In this document: positions 40,531 through 54,453 of the stretch, one piece after another
Layout of the letters: each line of letters begins with the position of its first letter
Numbering within the stretch: the stretch's first letter is position 1
DNA from: Octopus vulgaris
Taxonomy: Eukaryota
Assembly (NCBI GenBank): GCA_951406725.2
Contig: OX597815.1
Coordinates: 83,080,001 to 83,144,000 of the forward strand
Reading direction: 5' to 3'
Length of the DNA stretch: 64,000 nt
The notes under the pieces: generated by a model
What the model saw: the letters and a program-made list of their open reading frames with translations, nothing else
Told to the model about the DNA's origin: nothing
The model's database searches: none
Translations under genes and position numbers: made by a program

Positions 40531-40691
40531 AACGGGCTTCTTTCGGTTTCCTCTACCAAATCTACTCAGAAGGCTTTTGTCGGCCTGAGGCTATAAAAGA
40601 CGGCACATCACCAAATTGCCGTGGAGTTGGACTGAAGTCGAAACTGTATGGTTGGGAAGCAAATGTCTTCCTATACACTCACGCCCATGCG
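40531..40691 (-). mobile_element. SINE family 3, 5' part
   Basis: Reverse-complement similarity to 3333-3450 and 28178-28330. Confidence 0.75.
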
Positions 40692-41034
40692 TATATATTG
40701 TACAATTGTTATGGCTTTATTTTATCATAAGTCAACCAGGGCGCTCGTTTCGCGATGGGTGTTTCAAACCATTGCGATCATCTGTTGCTACATATTCTCA
40801 GTTTGTTTCGGTGCGTTGGGTGTAGTAAACCTTGGAGGATGGCGTTTATTTCTACGTCATAAGTGTCAAGCGAATGAGAAACGAGCCCTAAGTTAATTTT
40901 ATAGACCATATGGTTTTCTTGCAAAACTGAAACGTGAGTCTCGCGACAAAATCTCTGTCTGTGTTTTAATAAAAAATATTTTATCCTCTGCTACATGTAT
41001 TGAGTACTCCTTACTCATAAATAACATTCGCCTT

Positions 41035-41095
<61 letters not shown>

Positions 41096-41559
41096 TATAG
41101 GGAGAATTCAGAAAAAAACAAAAGACGAAGAGAGGTGGTGTAGACAACAAACAAGAAGAGAAAATAAATAATGTGTAGTGGCTAACGATCTATCAAGGCG
41201 AATATATATATATATATATAACTGCATCTCAATTTTTATCCCATGTAACTATTTAAGTTTTGTAATATAATTACTACTGGGAACGCAAAGCAAAGGAAGA
41301 AAACAAGACCAAGAAGGGAAATATTAACTGCAGCTATGACAACCGCACAGACAGTAGCAACTGTTATAGCAGTATTGCAATAAAAGTCCGTGCAACGGTA
41401 GCTGCAAATTGTAATGTAGCAAAGAAATCTCCAACGCGATGTATGACAACAAAATATCATTTGTACTAATCAGTGACCAAGATGAACGTCACTGTTGTTA
41501 TAGCTATATCCTTATTTTCTTGTTTTACTTAAGAATGAAGATATTGAGAGTAGTACTGT

Positions 41560-43036
41560 TGTTGCTGTTATGGCTCTTGGTGTCAGTAACTAGAATGACT
41601 ACTACGATGACTATAATAATGAAGAGGACGGGGAGGGAGCGGATTTAGAGAAACGAGAAGACGAGAAAAGGGAAGAGAAAAAGGAAGTGGTGAAATGTCA
41701 ATAGGAGGAAGAGGAGGTGGAGAAAAAAGAAGTGGAGGACGGCGAGGAAAAGTACGATGATGATGGTGCGGGCTGTAGTTTTGGTGGTGGCTGTGAGTGT
41801 CATGATGAGGATAATGATGATGACGACAGTTGTGATGGTGATGTGTGTGTTGATGTGATGGTCGATGGACTTAACGGAAGATGGTGATGATGATGATGAT
41901 GTTCGCAGTGGTGGTACTAATATGGACTAGGATGCTGCTGCTGCCAATTTTCCAACTGCTGTTGCTGCTTTTTGATCTTCTTCTTCTTCTTCTTCTGATG
42001 ATGATGATGATGATGATCATAATGGAGATGATGATGATGAGGAGGAGGAGGAGGAAGAAGATAGCGGTAATATTGATGCTAAGGGTTAGCGGTACTTCGT
42101 CTCTCATTACGTTTTGAGTTCCAATTCCGCCGTTGTCGACTTTGCCTTTCAACCTTCCTGGGGTCGATAAATTAAGCACCAGTTGCGTACTGCGGTCGAT
42201 CTAATCAACTGCCCCATCCCCCAAAATTTCGGGCCTTGTGCCTAGAGTAGAAAAGAATATTGATGCTAAAGGCAATATAAATTGCGCCAGAAATCGTATT
42301 AGGGATGATTTTGCTGAGGTTATGGCAGCAAATATTTTTACTGTAAGTGATTTGTGTGGGTATTAGTAAAGTTAAAGGTAGGAATGATAATGGTGGTGTT
42401 GGTAGCACTATTATCATTAACAGTGGTGACAGTAGTTTAAGATAGTGTTGGTGGTAATGCTGATGTATTCAGTTGGGGAAAATAATGATTGTGTCTGTGT
42501 CTTGATTATTGAAGTTCTGCTATAAAAGCATCGGTGGTGCTGGTTACAATAATATTGGTGTTTGAAAGTAGTAATGAAAGCGGTAAAGTTGATGCAAATG
42601 CTTATAGTGCTGCACTGGTAATGGTGGTGAGGCACACCTAGCCTTGCCCTCTGTTCATCCGCAGTCCCGTCGTTATTTACTTTTGTTTGATTGAAAAGTT
42701 GTTTTAACATCCGAACTGAGAAGGTCTTGCGAGCCTCTACCACCACTTTCTTCCGTTTCGTGGATGAAAAGGACAATGCGAGTCCCTTACTTCGCAACTT
42801 TATTTGTGACCAGCAATGGATGGTAGAGAATAATAGAGGAAAATGAGAAGGAATAAGGAAGTGAAGAAGTGGGAGGTGGTGGTGGTGAATGAGGGGGAGG
42901 AGGAGGAAATGAAGGAAGGGGAAGTAGAATATTAGCAGGAGGGAAGGAGGAAGTGAAGGAGGAAGAGGAAGGAGAGGAGATATAGGAGAAGAAGAAGAAG
43001 AAGAAGAAGAAGAAGAAGAAGAAGAAGAAGAAGAAG

Positions 43037-43073
<37 letters not shown>

Positions 43074-43085
43074 GCAACAGCAAAA
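41560..43085. repeat. Low-complexity region of (GAT)n, (GGA)n, (GGT)n, (GAA)n, (CAA)n
   Basis: Direct inspection; pure (GAA)n(CAA)n at ~42987-43081. Confidence 0.85.
42083..42255 (+). mobile_element. 5'-truncated SINE family 1 with 14-bp target-site duplication
   Basis: Matches ~9510-9670; aatattgatgctaa occurs at 42069-42082 and 42256-42269. Confidence 0.9.
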
Positions 43086-43938
43086 GGAACAACTAATAGA
43101 TGGGATTGCGATACTTGTCTAGAATAAAATTTATCGACACCGGAAGCAAGGAAAGCTAAATCAGCACTGGATGAGTTTGAACTTAGAAAGAAAACAACGA
43201 GGATATGGCCGCAGTATATTAGTATATTTGTCTAATATACTAAACACTAAAATTGAACGTCATAGTAGTCTTGATGTACCAGATAGATTATTCATTTTTT
43301 TTTCGTTTTTTTTTGCTCTTACTCAACATTCATCATGTAGATTCTGTTGCTAATCCATTCCGCCCAGGACCACTCGTTATTTACAGAAACTTTGTATCAA
43401 TTCCTTATTAACATACTTAGCTCTTCACAATACAGTGTATGGTAAAGTTAATTAATATTAAAGTTTAAAGGTGTAGCACTTGTTCAATGTCAGGTTACGC
43501 TTTGGTGGCTTTACCGGAGAATACTTGGACATTACTTCTAGTTGTTTGACATTCTAACATCGTTGACATTCTAACATCGTTTCTTGAAAGCTGGAGATAG
43601 TACTAGTGTTCTGAAAGTTCTTAGGCATAGAACGATGTTGTCTATAACATTACTGTAATAGAGTTTCTGGTTTTATTCGTTCTGTGACTGTGTTGACGAA
43701 GGTAGAAATTAGTTGCTTTTGTTCTTCCTTTTCATTTTTCTGATATTGTCCAAATGCTTCACATACCTGCGCGCAATATCCCGATATTACTTAAGTTATT
43801 TGTATTTGCGATATGTTTGGAAAATGTTAATGAGGTACGCAGCAATTGTGGCGGTGTTATTGACGCTGGTATTGTCGGCACTGTTACTAGTAATGCTAAA
43901 TTAAGCGGAGTATTTGTTGCAATGTTGGAAGTGCAACA

Positions 43939-44236
43939 GGTGGAGGCACATGACCTAGTGGTTAGAGCAGCGGACACGCGGTCGAGGGATCGCAGTTTCG
44001 AATCTCAGACCGGGGGATGTGTGTGTTTATGAGCGAAACACCTAAGCAACACGCGGCTCCGGCAGAAGGTAATGGCGAACTTCTGCTGACTCTTTCGCCA
44101 CAACTTTCTCTCACTCTTTTCTCCTGCATCTTGCAGCTCACCTGCGACGGACCGGCGTCCCGTCCAGGTGGGGAACCTATACGCCAAGGAAACCGGGAAA
44201 CCGTCCCTTATGAGCCAGGCATGGCTCGAGAGGGAT
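43939..44236 (+). mobile_element. SINE family 2 (tail type A)
   Basis: tRNA-like head tgacctagtggttagagc..gtttcgaatctc; first ~180 nt shared with 49668-49480. Confidence 0.85.
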
Positions 44237-45714
44237 AAGGTTGGTGATTCTTTTTCGCTTTACTCGTCGGATTTCTCAAATGCGTAATGATGATTTTTGT
44301 GAAACCGTAATCAGTTTAGGAAGATAAAACCAGGTTTACGTGTAATTATCGAAACTGTAATTAGAAACTGCCTCTTCGTATTTAAGGAACATATTGCATA
44401 TTGCGAAATTCAACAGCTTATCATATTTCATATTACATACATTATGTTTGATTGCGCATGTTTTGTTGTCCAGTCAGCCTTGTAATATTCTAAAATTTGA
44501 GGAGATGCCCACACTGCAGGCATGTAAGTTAGCTGTATTTAGTGGGATACAAAAGCTTTGAAAACACGCACTGCATTTGACAATCACGTAGCCAACGATG
44601 ACGTTCATATGGTCGTTCGAAATATTAGAAATAGCAGCGTATCTCCTTTAAATTACAACGTACAGAAAGAAAAAGAATTCATTAAATATGGTGGTGAAAT
44701 GTTAAGGATGAAACTGTCGCGGTTGCAATTCTTTTCATCATAGATTTGTTGGAACTGAGAATGTTGATAACATCAGCAAAATCAAAGAAGTAACTTATTA
44801 CATACTAAATGGATATTACTAATTCACTGTGGGTTCCAAACGGTAAAACAAACTCAACACAGCATTTTTGCATTTATTACAGGTTACTCACAGATGAGAA
44901 TTACCGACACGTAGCTTTTTATCGTAGGAGGTGTGGTAGAGTTTAAGCTCGGAATATCACGTTTTCTTAATTCGACAGTCACTTTCGATCAAAGATGTTG
45001 CAGTTAGCAACCTCCCGTTTCAGTTTCAGACATGTATGTCTGCGACTGTATCGTTCGATTTTCTCCTTGTTCAATATAATTTAAGTAGAGTTGGCTATTG
45101 TTTCTTCTAGGTAAATGAACCGTATAGAGTTTGCCTAGACAGCTAGTATATATAATGTACTTTAGGCTATTGCTACGGAAGATTGGCAACAAGGAGTTAG
45201 TGCGTTTGAGATTTAACCCTTTTATTTACCAATGTTTGAAGATCGTTTGTGCAATGCTCGAAATTATATCAAATAGAGTAACGATGCAAGTATTGCATAT
45301 GTTTTATGCGGATGTGTGCAGGTCAAGCATGTAAAAGCTATAGCAGTAGCTCAGAACACAAATGCTTTTTAGGTATTGTTAAGGAAATCAAAATAGGATT
45401 CCTGACCTGAATATCATTTAGGCTTGTAGTCTATTTAAGAAGATACTTATGTAGTATATTTTATAAGTGAAAAGAGGGAAATGGAATAAAATGATTTGAT
45501 TTTCTGCATTATATAATTGTTTAGCTTCAGGTTAGCTGTGAAAAATTTAATCTATTATAAAAGGCTTTCCAACCGTGTCTATTTCATCTTTTATTAACAA
45601 CGTCCTTTGAAGTACATAAACTAATGTGCTCCTCGATCATGAGGACCTTTAAGTGTCATTTGAGATATAGACATATAGGCAACTATATGTGTATGAATAC
45701 ACACACAAACACAT

Positions 45715-45949
45715 ATGTATGTATGTATGTATGTATATATGTATGTATGTATGTATGCATGTATGTATGTATGTATGTATGTATGTATGTATGTGTGTAT
45801 GTATGTGTGTATGTATGTATGTATGTATGTATATATGTATGCATTATGTATGTATATATATATATATACATACATACATACATACATACATACATACATA
45901 CATACATACATACATACATACATACATACATACATACATACATGCATAT
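45715..45949. repeat. (TATG)n / (TACA)n microsatellites in inverted arrangement
   Basis: Direct inspection. Confidence 0.95.
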
Positions 45950-46278
45950 ATATGGAAATATTTTACTCTCAAACGCATAATAATAATACTGAATAGTATA
46001 GAACATCCTTATATTGCAGACCAGCCATGCCATGAGACTGGAACACACAGCCCTGTGATTACTGGTCATAGTGCTTTACCTTTAAGTTAAACTACCTACA
46101 AACATGTTCTGCATTTTTTGAATTTATAAATACAGCTTTTTCAGACGCTATATGTGAAATTACGATGTATGTAAACAAAGTTTGCTTTTTTAGAGATATT
46201 TTACTATCAAACTCATATCCTATTTATGCTATTCAGCATTACTTTTGTTATGCGTTTGAGAATATAATATTCCCATAT
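45950..46278. mobile_element. MITE-like element with ~50-bp imperfect terminal inverted repeats
   Basis: atatggaaatattttactctcaaacgcataataataatactgaatag vs ctattcagcattacttttgttatgcgtttgagaatataatattcccatat. Confidence 0.6.
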
Positions 46279-46315
46279 TTGTATATTTCAATATATCTCA
46301 ACGCTTCTAAAAAGC

Positions 46316-46417
<102 letters not shown>

Positions 46418-46418
46418 A

Positions 46419-48873
46419 TTGTTGGCATCCTTTTTGTCTCGGGAGACAATGGAGTTGCGCATAAAATAGTTTAGTCCGGCTTTTACATTTCATGACCTGA
46501 TACATTTCCTGCTGTGGCTGTGTAGTCCTATCCTGGACAAACACTCCCTCTGGCAGGTACCGCAAATGTAGCGAAGACTGTTCCTGGCTGGTTGTAATGC
46601 CATAGTTTCTTGTTGACGTCTTTTCTTGTCTTTCCATTTCTCCTCTCTCTCTCTGTCACTCCTTTGTATTCCCTCTTTTACGGTACGTCGCCAATCTCCA
46701 CGGTTGCCGGCCACTGCTTCCCAACCGCTAATATTGATGTTGCAGGCCTTCATGTCCCTTTTGCAAACATCTTTGTAACGTAAGAACGGTCTACCCACAG
46801 ACCTAGTCCCCCTGGCAAGCTCTCCGTAGAGTATGTCCTTGGGAATTCTGCCATCTTTCATACGGCTAACATGCCAAAGTCATCTCATACGTCTTTGTGT
46901 GAGGAGTGCAAACATGCTTGGTATTCCTGCTTGCTTGAGGACATCTTTGTTGGGGATATGATTTTGCCATTTGATGCGGAGGATCTTCCGGAGGCAGCAC
47001 AGGTGAAAATGTTTAGGCGACGCTCTTGGCGTGTGTATAGCGTCCAAGTCTCACTTCCATACAGTAGAGTGCTGTATGCCTGGTAGATCTTCATTTTCGT
47101 GGTCTTGGTCAGCTTATTGTTGTCCCATGCTCGTTTGGAGAGTTGGGCCATCGCAGCAGCTGCCTTGCCAATGCGTATATTGAGCTCAGCGTCAAGGGAT
47201 AGGTTGTAGGTGACGGTAGAGTCAAGATAGGTAAACTTCTCCACCTCTTGTAATCTCTGGTCCCCAATATGTATGTTTGGGATGTCCGATGTAGCCTGAC
47301 CCATGATGTTGGTCTTCTTAAGGCTGATAGCTAAGCCAAAGTCGTTACATGCTTGCTTAAAACAGTTAATGAGCCTTTGGAGGGCTTCTTCTGTGTGTGA
47401 TACCAGAGCGGCATCATCAGCAAATAGCATCTCCTTGATCAGGACGTTTCTGATTTTGGTCTTGGCACGCAGGCGCGAGAGATTGAACAGTTTCCCGTCA
47501 CTTCTACTGTGCAGAAACACTCCATCATCTGATGTCTGAAAGGCATGTGAGAGTAAGAGCGAGAAGAAGATGCCAAATAATGTAGGAGCGAGGACACAAC
47601 CTTGCTTTACCCAGTTTTTTATTTGGAAGACGGCTGATGTTGAACCATTGTGCTGTATGGTGCCTTGCATATCATCATGGAAAGACTTGATGATCCTCAG
47701 CAGCTTTGGTGGACATCCGATTTTTTGGAGCAAGATGAAGAGGCCTGTTCTGCTTACCGAGTCACTAATTAGAAGTAGGGTGAGGATTCTGCCAAAAAAG
47801 TCCATCGCTCCAAGAAAGTGGGCCGACCACGCATTAATACTGCCAGAACCTCGGACCCTACACTGCGAAAATGTTTTGCTGCTTCTATCAAGGTAGCCCT
47901 CAGTAGCTGCGCAACCACCTCTGCTGAAAGTAGGTGGAACTATACCAGGGAAGCTTTGTATACGACATCAATAGATACTTTCAGCATGAGAGAAAGGCAA
48001 AACCCAGATTGGTTCAATGCTGGGCTCTCAGAGCTGGAGTCAGTTATCGAAGCAAAGCATGCAGCTCTGATGCAATACAAGAGTGCTCTTCTACAAAGTC
48101 ACTCGAAGAACTCAGAAAGGCACGAAATAAAACCCAACTGACAGCCAGACGCTGTGCAAATAGGTATTGGCCGGGAATCTGTCAGAGTATCCAGTCACCT
48201 GCTGACGGGGGCGACATCCGCGGGATGTATGCCGGTTTGAAGAAGGTCCTCGGTCCATCCGCAACCAAGTCAGCCCCTCTGAAATCTGGAGATCTCATCA
48301 AGGATCAAAGCAAGCAAATGGATAGATGGGTGGAGAACTATCAGGATCTCTACTCACGGGAGACTACAGTGGCTGAGGCTGCAGTCGAGAGTGTCAAGAT
48401 CTTGCCAGTCATGTACGAGCTTGACAGTCCGCCATCTATAGCAGAGCTCACCAAGGCTATTGACTCCCTAGCAAGAAACAAGGCTCCGGGAAAAGACAGC
48501 ATCCCCTTAGAGATCATCAAAGCCGGCAAAAACACCATCCTGCTTCGGCACCTTCATGAGCTTCTGTGTCAGTGCTGGGAGGAGGGTACAGTCATTCAGG
48601 ATATGCGGGATGCTAACATCATTACGCTTTACAAAAACAAAGGTGACCGTAGTGATTGTAACAATTACCGTCGAATATATCTTCTAAGCACTGTTGGAAA
48701 GGCCTTTGCCCGCGTTATCCTGGCCAGGCTACAACTACTTGCTTCTCGAATGTATCCAGAATCGCAGTGTGGCTTTAGAAGATGCAGATCAACTATTGAT
48801 ATGATATTCTCCATACGCCAACTTCAGGAGAAGTCCAGAGAGCAGAAAATGCCATTATATATGGCCTTCATTG

Positions 48874-48875
<2 letters not shown>
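46419..48875. mobile_element. RTE-clade LINE with inverted 5' segment (3' part minus 46419-47764; 5' part plus 47762-48875)
   Basis: Plus ORF 47934.. has KAPGKD, SDCNNYRRI and PESQCGFR and ends at YMAFID; minus ORFs resume at DSVSRTGLF with VKQGCVLAP, FADD, YGSETW, YGEL and C-terminal CGTC..HSRKC. Confidence 0.93.
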
Positions 48876-48907
<32 letters not shown>

Positions 48908-49304
48908 TGCGTGTGTGCGTGTGTGTGTGTTTGTGTGTTTGTGTGTATGTATGTGTATATATATACGTATGTGGATTCCTCATTTATATACCATTTCATT
49001 CCTACAGAACTACAATACCATTAAGCTTGATTGATTATTTAAATTCCACTATTATTTCTCTTTTGATAATTTTCTCTTCTTTAAAACAGTGCTTCCCTTC
49101 GAAACGTTGAATAGATTAAACAGGAGGCAACTGATGAAGGGAATGTTTCTCTGTGTCTTTTTCGTTGTTCGAAAAAAGTTCGTTTTCTATATTTTTGTTT
49201 TTAAGTTCGTTTCTCATTTTGTCTACGCTTTTTGAAGTCATATACCCAAATATGCATGTATATATACATATATACATATATATGTATGTATGTATATATG
49301 CATA

Positions 49305-49768
<464 letters not shown>

Positions 49769-49858
49769 ATGTAATTCAAACAATGATAGACGTAAAACAT
49801 ATCATATAGAAAAAATAAAATAAAGAAAACATTTCTCTAGATCACATAAAGTACATGA

Positions 49859-49875
49859 TGATAATAATAATAATG

Positions 49876-49960
<85 letters not shown>
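49859..49960. repeat. (TAA)n tract, 5' flank of family C
   Basis: Direct inspection. Confidence 0.97.
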
Positions 49961-49963
<3 letters not shown>

Positions 49964-51174
49964 CTGGCAATAACAATGAAGATTGCTACAATTGGCCTAG
50001 ACACCTACCTGAAAAAGTCTGAGGACTGGATGTTAAAACTTGTCTCAAAACATGAAAACAAGAAAGCATCATACTCAGTAAGAAAACAGGCAAAGGAATA
50101 TCTAAGTGAATTCCGAATACAACAAATTTCGGAATTAGAAATAGACATACAAGAAACAAGCACAGAAAAAGCTAGGCGCATGAAAACCCGTGCCCAAACT
50201 GTAGCCTTAGATATTCTGAATAATAAATGGCAAGAAAAACCTCCCTATGGCAAATACCCAAAGAGAGTGAATAATGCAGATATTGAAAAACCCTGACTCA
50301 TCAATGGCTAATGGCCTCTGGCTTAAAATCTGAAACAGAAGGGTTTATCATAGCAGCTCAAGATCAATGCCTACCAACAAGAAACTACCAGGCCAACATA
50401 TTAAAGAACGGCAGTAGCCCAACATGCCGTGTATGCCGACAACAAAATGAAACCATTGATCATGTTGTCTCCAAATGCAGTCTTCTAGCGCCTACAGATA
50501 GATAGAGCATGATAGAGCTGCACAATATATTCACTGGGTAATTTGCAAAAACCTGGATTTGCCCCATGAAAAAAACTGGTGGGAACACAATCCACCTCCA
50601 GTGCTTGAAAATGACCACATCTCACTCCTCTGGAACTTCACCATTCAAACTGACAGAAAGATAGATGCAAATAGGCCAGACATCATATTGAAAGACTTCA
50701 GACAAAGAACATGCCTCCTCATTGATATGACTGTCGCAATCGATATAAACGTATCTGTCAAGACCTACCAAAAACTGAGCAAATATAAAGATCTTGAAAT
50801 AGAAATCAGCAAAATGTGGAGCTGAAGACTAAAACAATACCTGTTGTCATAGATGCCCTGGGAATGATAGCGAAAAGGGCTGATTGCTACCTAACTCAGA
50901 TACCAGGAAACCCCAAAATGGCAGAAATTCAAAAGATAGTGCTCATGAGAACTGCTCATATTCTACGCAAAATACTCTCTATGTAATCCCAAGGTTTAAA
51001 ACAAACTTTTTTTAAAAAATGTATTTATTAGACATTCACTAAAACAACATAAAAAACCCCCAAATATATGGCACGCTAGGCATAACAACAACGTGAACTT
51101 CCAACCTGTTGTCTCTTGAGGTCTCTGGGTGAGACTTGGAGCCAACTTATACAGACATAAAGCAAAAGTCAAAC

Positions 51175-51177
<3 letters not shown>
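49961..51177 (+). mobile_element. 5'-truncated R4/Dong-type element (family C) in (TAA)n
   Basis: ORFs 49976-50825: GLKSETEGFIIAAQDQ, CRVCRQQNETIDHVVSKC, NRPDII..CLLIDM, KYKDL; ends TAHILRKILSM*; distinct ~190-bp 3' UTR. Confidence 0.93.
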
Positions 51178-51246
<69 letters not shown>

Positions 51247-51275
51247 TAATAATAATAATAATGATAATAATAATA
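51178..51275. repeat. (TAA)n tract, 3' flank of family C
   Basis: Direct inspection. Confidence 0.97.
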
Positions 51276-51590
51276 AATAAACAGAATATAATTAGTAAAT
51301 AGACTACGTACGTTTTGTGGCTATATCTTCAATTCGAATTACAATTAAATTTAAATGTAATCGATCCCAAAACAATTCAATTTAAAACTATAGTAACTCC
51401 TCAGGTCAACAATAATAACAATAATAGTTAAATAAATACATATTTTCAATAAATAATCAAACAGAATTAATCTATATTTCTTAAAGAAATAAAAACCTTT
51501 TAATAATTCTCTCTTCGTTAAAATAGTGCTTCCTTTCGAAACGCGGAGTACATCAAACAGGGGACAAATAAACATATATATATATATATA

Positions 51591-51822
51591 CAACGTTGGC
51601 TAAATTTACCCGACAGTAAATCAAAATTCCTTAAAAGCTATTTGTTATTCTGTATTGACTCCAATGGAAAAATGTGTTGCTCAAGAAGATCTTCAATTTG
51701 AACAATGTTCATGATGTTTCATATGTAGGTGATTTTATTAAAGTCATTCAGTTGTTAAACATAAATAAATCTTGAAATGAAACGGTTTTGATTTACTGTC
51801 AGTTGAGTTTTGGCCAACCCTG
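51591..51822. mobile_element. Tc1/mariner-type MITE (~230 bp)
   Basis: Imperfect TIRs caacgttggctaaatttacccgacagtaaatcaaaa / ttttgatttactgtcagttgagttttggccaaccctg; TA on the left. Confidence 0.7.
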
Positions 51823-54420
51823 TGTATGACTTAACACGCAATGAAGGCCACAAAATGCATATTAGCTCGTTTAATCTATTATTTATTAAGTTATTTACCC
51901 GTATTATTCTAAAACAAATTAGAAATTAGGACACGGTATGAACTACCGTGCATGCGAAATAAATATACGGAAAGAATGTTTCTATAAGCGCCTAAAAAAA
52001 TATGATATATTTATCTTAAGTCAGATTTTGGAGACTGCTATGTTCCTGTAAATGATTGTTTCTTAAACCTGCAGTAAGAAGCTTGTTCTCGTAATTATTT
52101 ACTATAAACTGCAACCAGTCACCAAGTGTTAAGCACATACAGCTGGGTGTTCAAGGGAAAATATTTTAATACTTTTGTTTGTATGTTCGTGATATTGCAT
52201 GTTTACGGTAAAAGTCGAAGTATCGAGATTTGTTTCTTTATGTTAAGTAGTAATTCGCTTATTCGATAAATAACAACCGAAGAAATAAATATTGGGTAAG
52301 ACATATTCATCGAAAAAATATGAAGAAATAGTCAAAATACGGCCCATTCTAATAACTGAAAAAAGTAAGTGAATAAAATGCAAACATATTAAGCTTGTAA
52401 GTAACGATATCTTCGTTGGTCTGGGAGTTGATAATATTTGCCGGAATTTGGTTTCTATACGATGAAATAAGGTCTGTTGTATAGCATTATGGTGGCAGTA
52501 GTGATTGCAAAGGAAATACCGCAGTGATGTTGATGGTAATAACAATGTTGGGAAAATCGACATAAAATTTTATGACCCTCTGTTTTATTATGAGGAGAGC
52601 GAACACAACAAGTCTAATATAACGATGATAACCGTGATCATAATGATCTAGTGGACTATGAGAAAGATGACGACGACAAGAATAATTATGATGATGATGA
52701 CGATTATAATTTTAGTAACTCTGTAGATAAATACGTGTGACATATACAGAGCGACTCGCCAGTCTCATGCAACATACTTTTGCAGTCACTGAACTTATCA
52801 TTACAGGGAAACTTCTTGGTTACTTCACATACCCGCCATCAAGATAATAGCTTCCAAATTATTGCCTAGTGGGCCTCCATGCTTTCGGCCAAGATATTCT
52901 CAAAACTTTAGGAAGGTTCGATTGGCAGACGTAGAAATTCCTACATTAAAACATGTACAAAATTGTATAATCTAACTTTGTGTTATCACAGTAGTTGCAG
53001 GGTGTATAAGGAATACTGAAATGATAAGCAAACGGAAATATAATGTATTTTTTTATGCATTTTACGTATTTTACTACTGCCTTTTAGTAAATCATGGATC
53101 ATTTCGAGAAAGTGGAGCTGTGCCTTTATGATAAGATATTAGAATATATATTTTGCCTAGCGGAATTCATTAGAAATATATATCTGAGATATGAAACTAA
53201 AAACTATGGCAAAAATGAAATTAAAAGGTCAAAAGGAAATAAATATGCTAGATATATGGAGAAATAAAGGCCTCAGGCTTTCGGCAGTTGAAGTTATCCA
53301 GAATGTACCCCGTTTTGATATGTATATGTATAATATATTAATCTACTCACACTTATTTACATGAACAGATACACAAAAGCATGCGTGTGTGTGTAAGTGT
53401 GTACATGTATAGATACCCGTGCGGGCATGTGTACAACTCAATACGTGTGTGTGTGTGTGTGTGTATAAAGATGTAAGTCTATATGCGTTAACATGTGCTT
53501 GCATGAGCAGCTCTATGTACACATATGCATATATCAATGTATACATATGCCAAAATTACTTGCGTAGCTTATATTAGCGCAAATACACATACCTACCACA
53601 GTTAGAGAGACACATTAAGAGCCAATTAGTTGCGCACATGTCTGTCTGTCTGTCCGTGCGGGTGTGAGTGTGTGCACATGCGCACATTCGTATGTGTGTG
53701 TCCCAGTTTTCAGCTCTGTGTATGTATATATGGCTAGAAATCGCGTTTTCGCGTGAAAATGTTATTTACCAAAAGGTATTGGCTTTATATTTACCACCCG
53801 TCTTTAATGATACATAGGAAAATTAAATCTATCTATCTATCATCTACCTCTCTATCTATCTGACTCTCTCTCTCTCTTTCTCATGTATGTATATATATTT
53901 AAATATGTATGTAATACATCATCTATATATAAACATATATATGCATATATATATATATACACAAACAAAGACACGCATAAACATACATATATATATATTT
54001 ACATATTAATGTACATAGAATAAAGATACGTGCTATTAATAGTTTCTTGCTCTAGAAACACACGTCAAGGTAGGTTTTAATAACTTGCCCTGTGTTACGA
54101 AGAATTTCTCAGACTCTGAATACACGATCTATTCTGTTTGAAAATCAGGACGCTAGTACTTGAGAAATCACGAAAAATGAAAAGTTTGAATGTTAATTCA
54201 AAAAATGGAAGCGATAATAAAAACGGGAAAAGAAGAAGAAAGGAAATTAGACTTAGATCTCACTTAACCATGAAATCCCTAATTAAACCAAGTGTTTTAG
54301 AATAGTTCAACGGAGAAACTTGAGAGGGTGTTGTCCTCCAGGACGCCAAGAGAGATTTGCCCTCATCCTTGTATTTGCTTATAATTTCTAATCTGGAATT
54401 AAGTAGTGGTGTGGAATTTT

Positions 54421-54448
<28 letters not shown>

Positions 54449-54453
<5 letters not shown>

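Noticed and set aside
43939-44015. Possible tRNA gene (also 49595-49668 and 9281-9370)
   Set aside because: A/B boxes are present but I could not fold a clean cloverleaf, and each continues into a repeated SINE body
49085-49150. cttcccttc-GAAAC...CTGATGA-agggaa as a permuted hammerhead (similar text at ~51520-51545)
   Set aside because: No convincing stem I or III between the motifs; possibly a decayed PLE terminus, but not supportable
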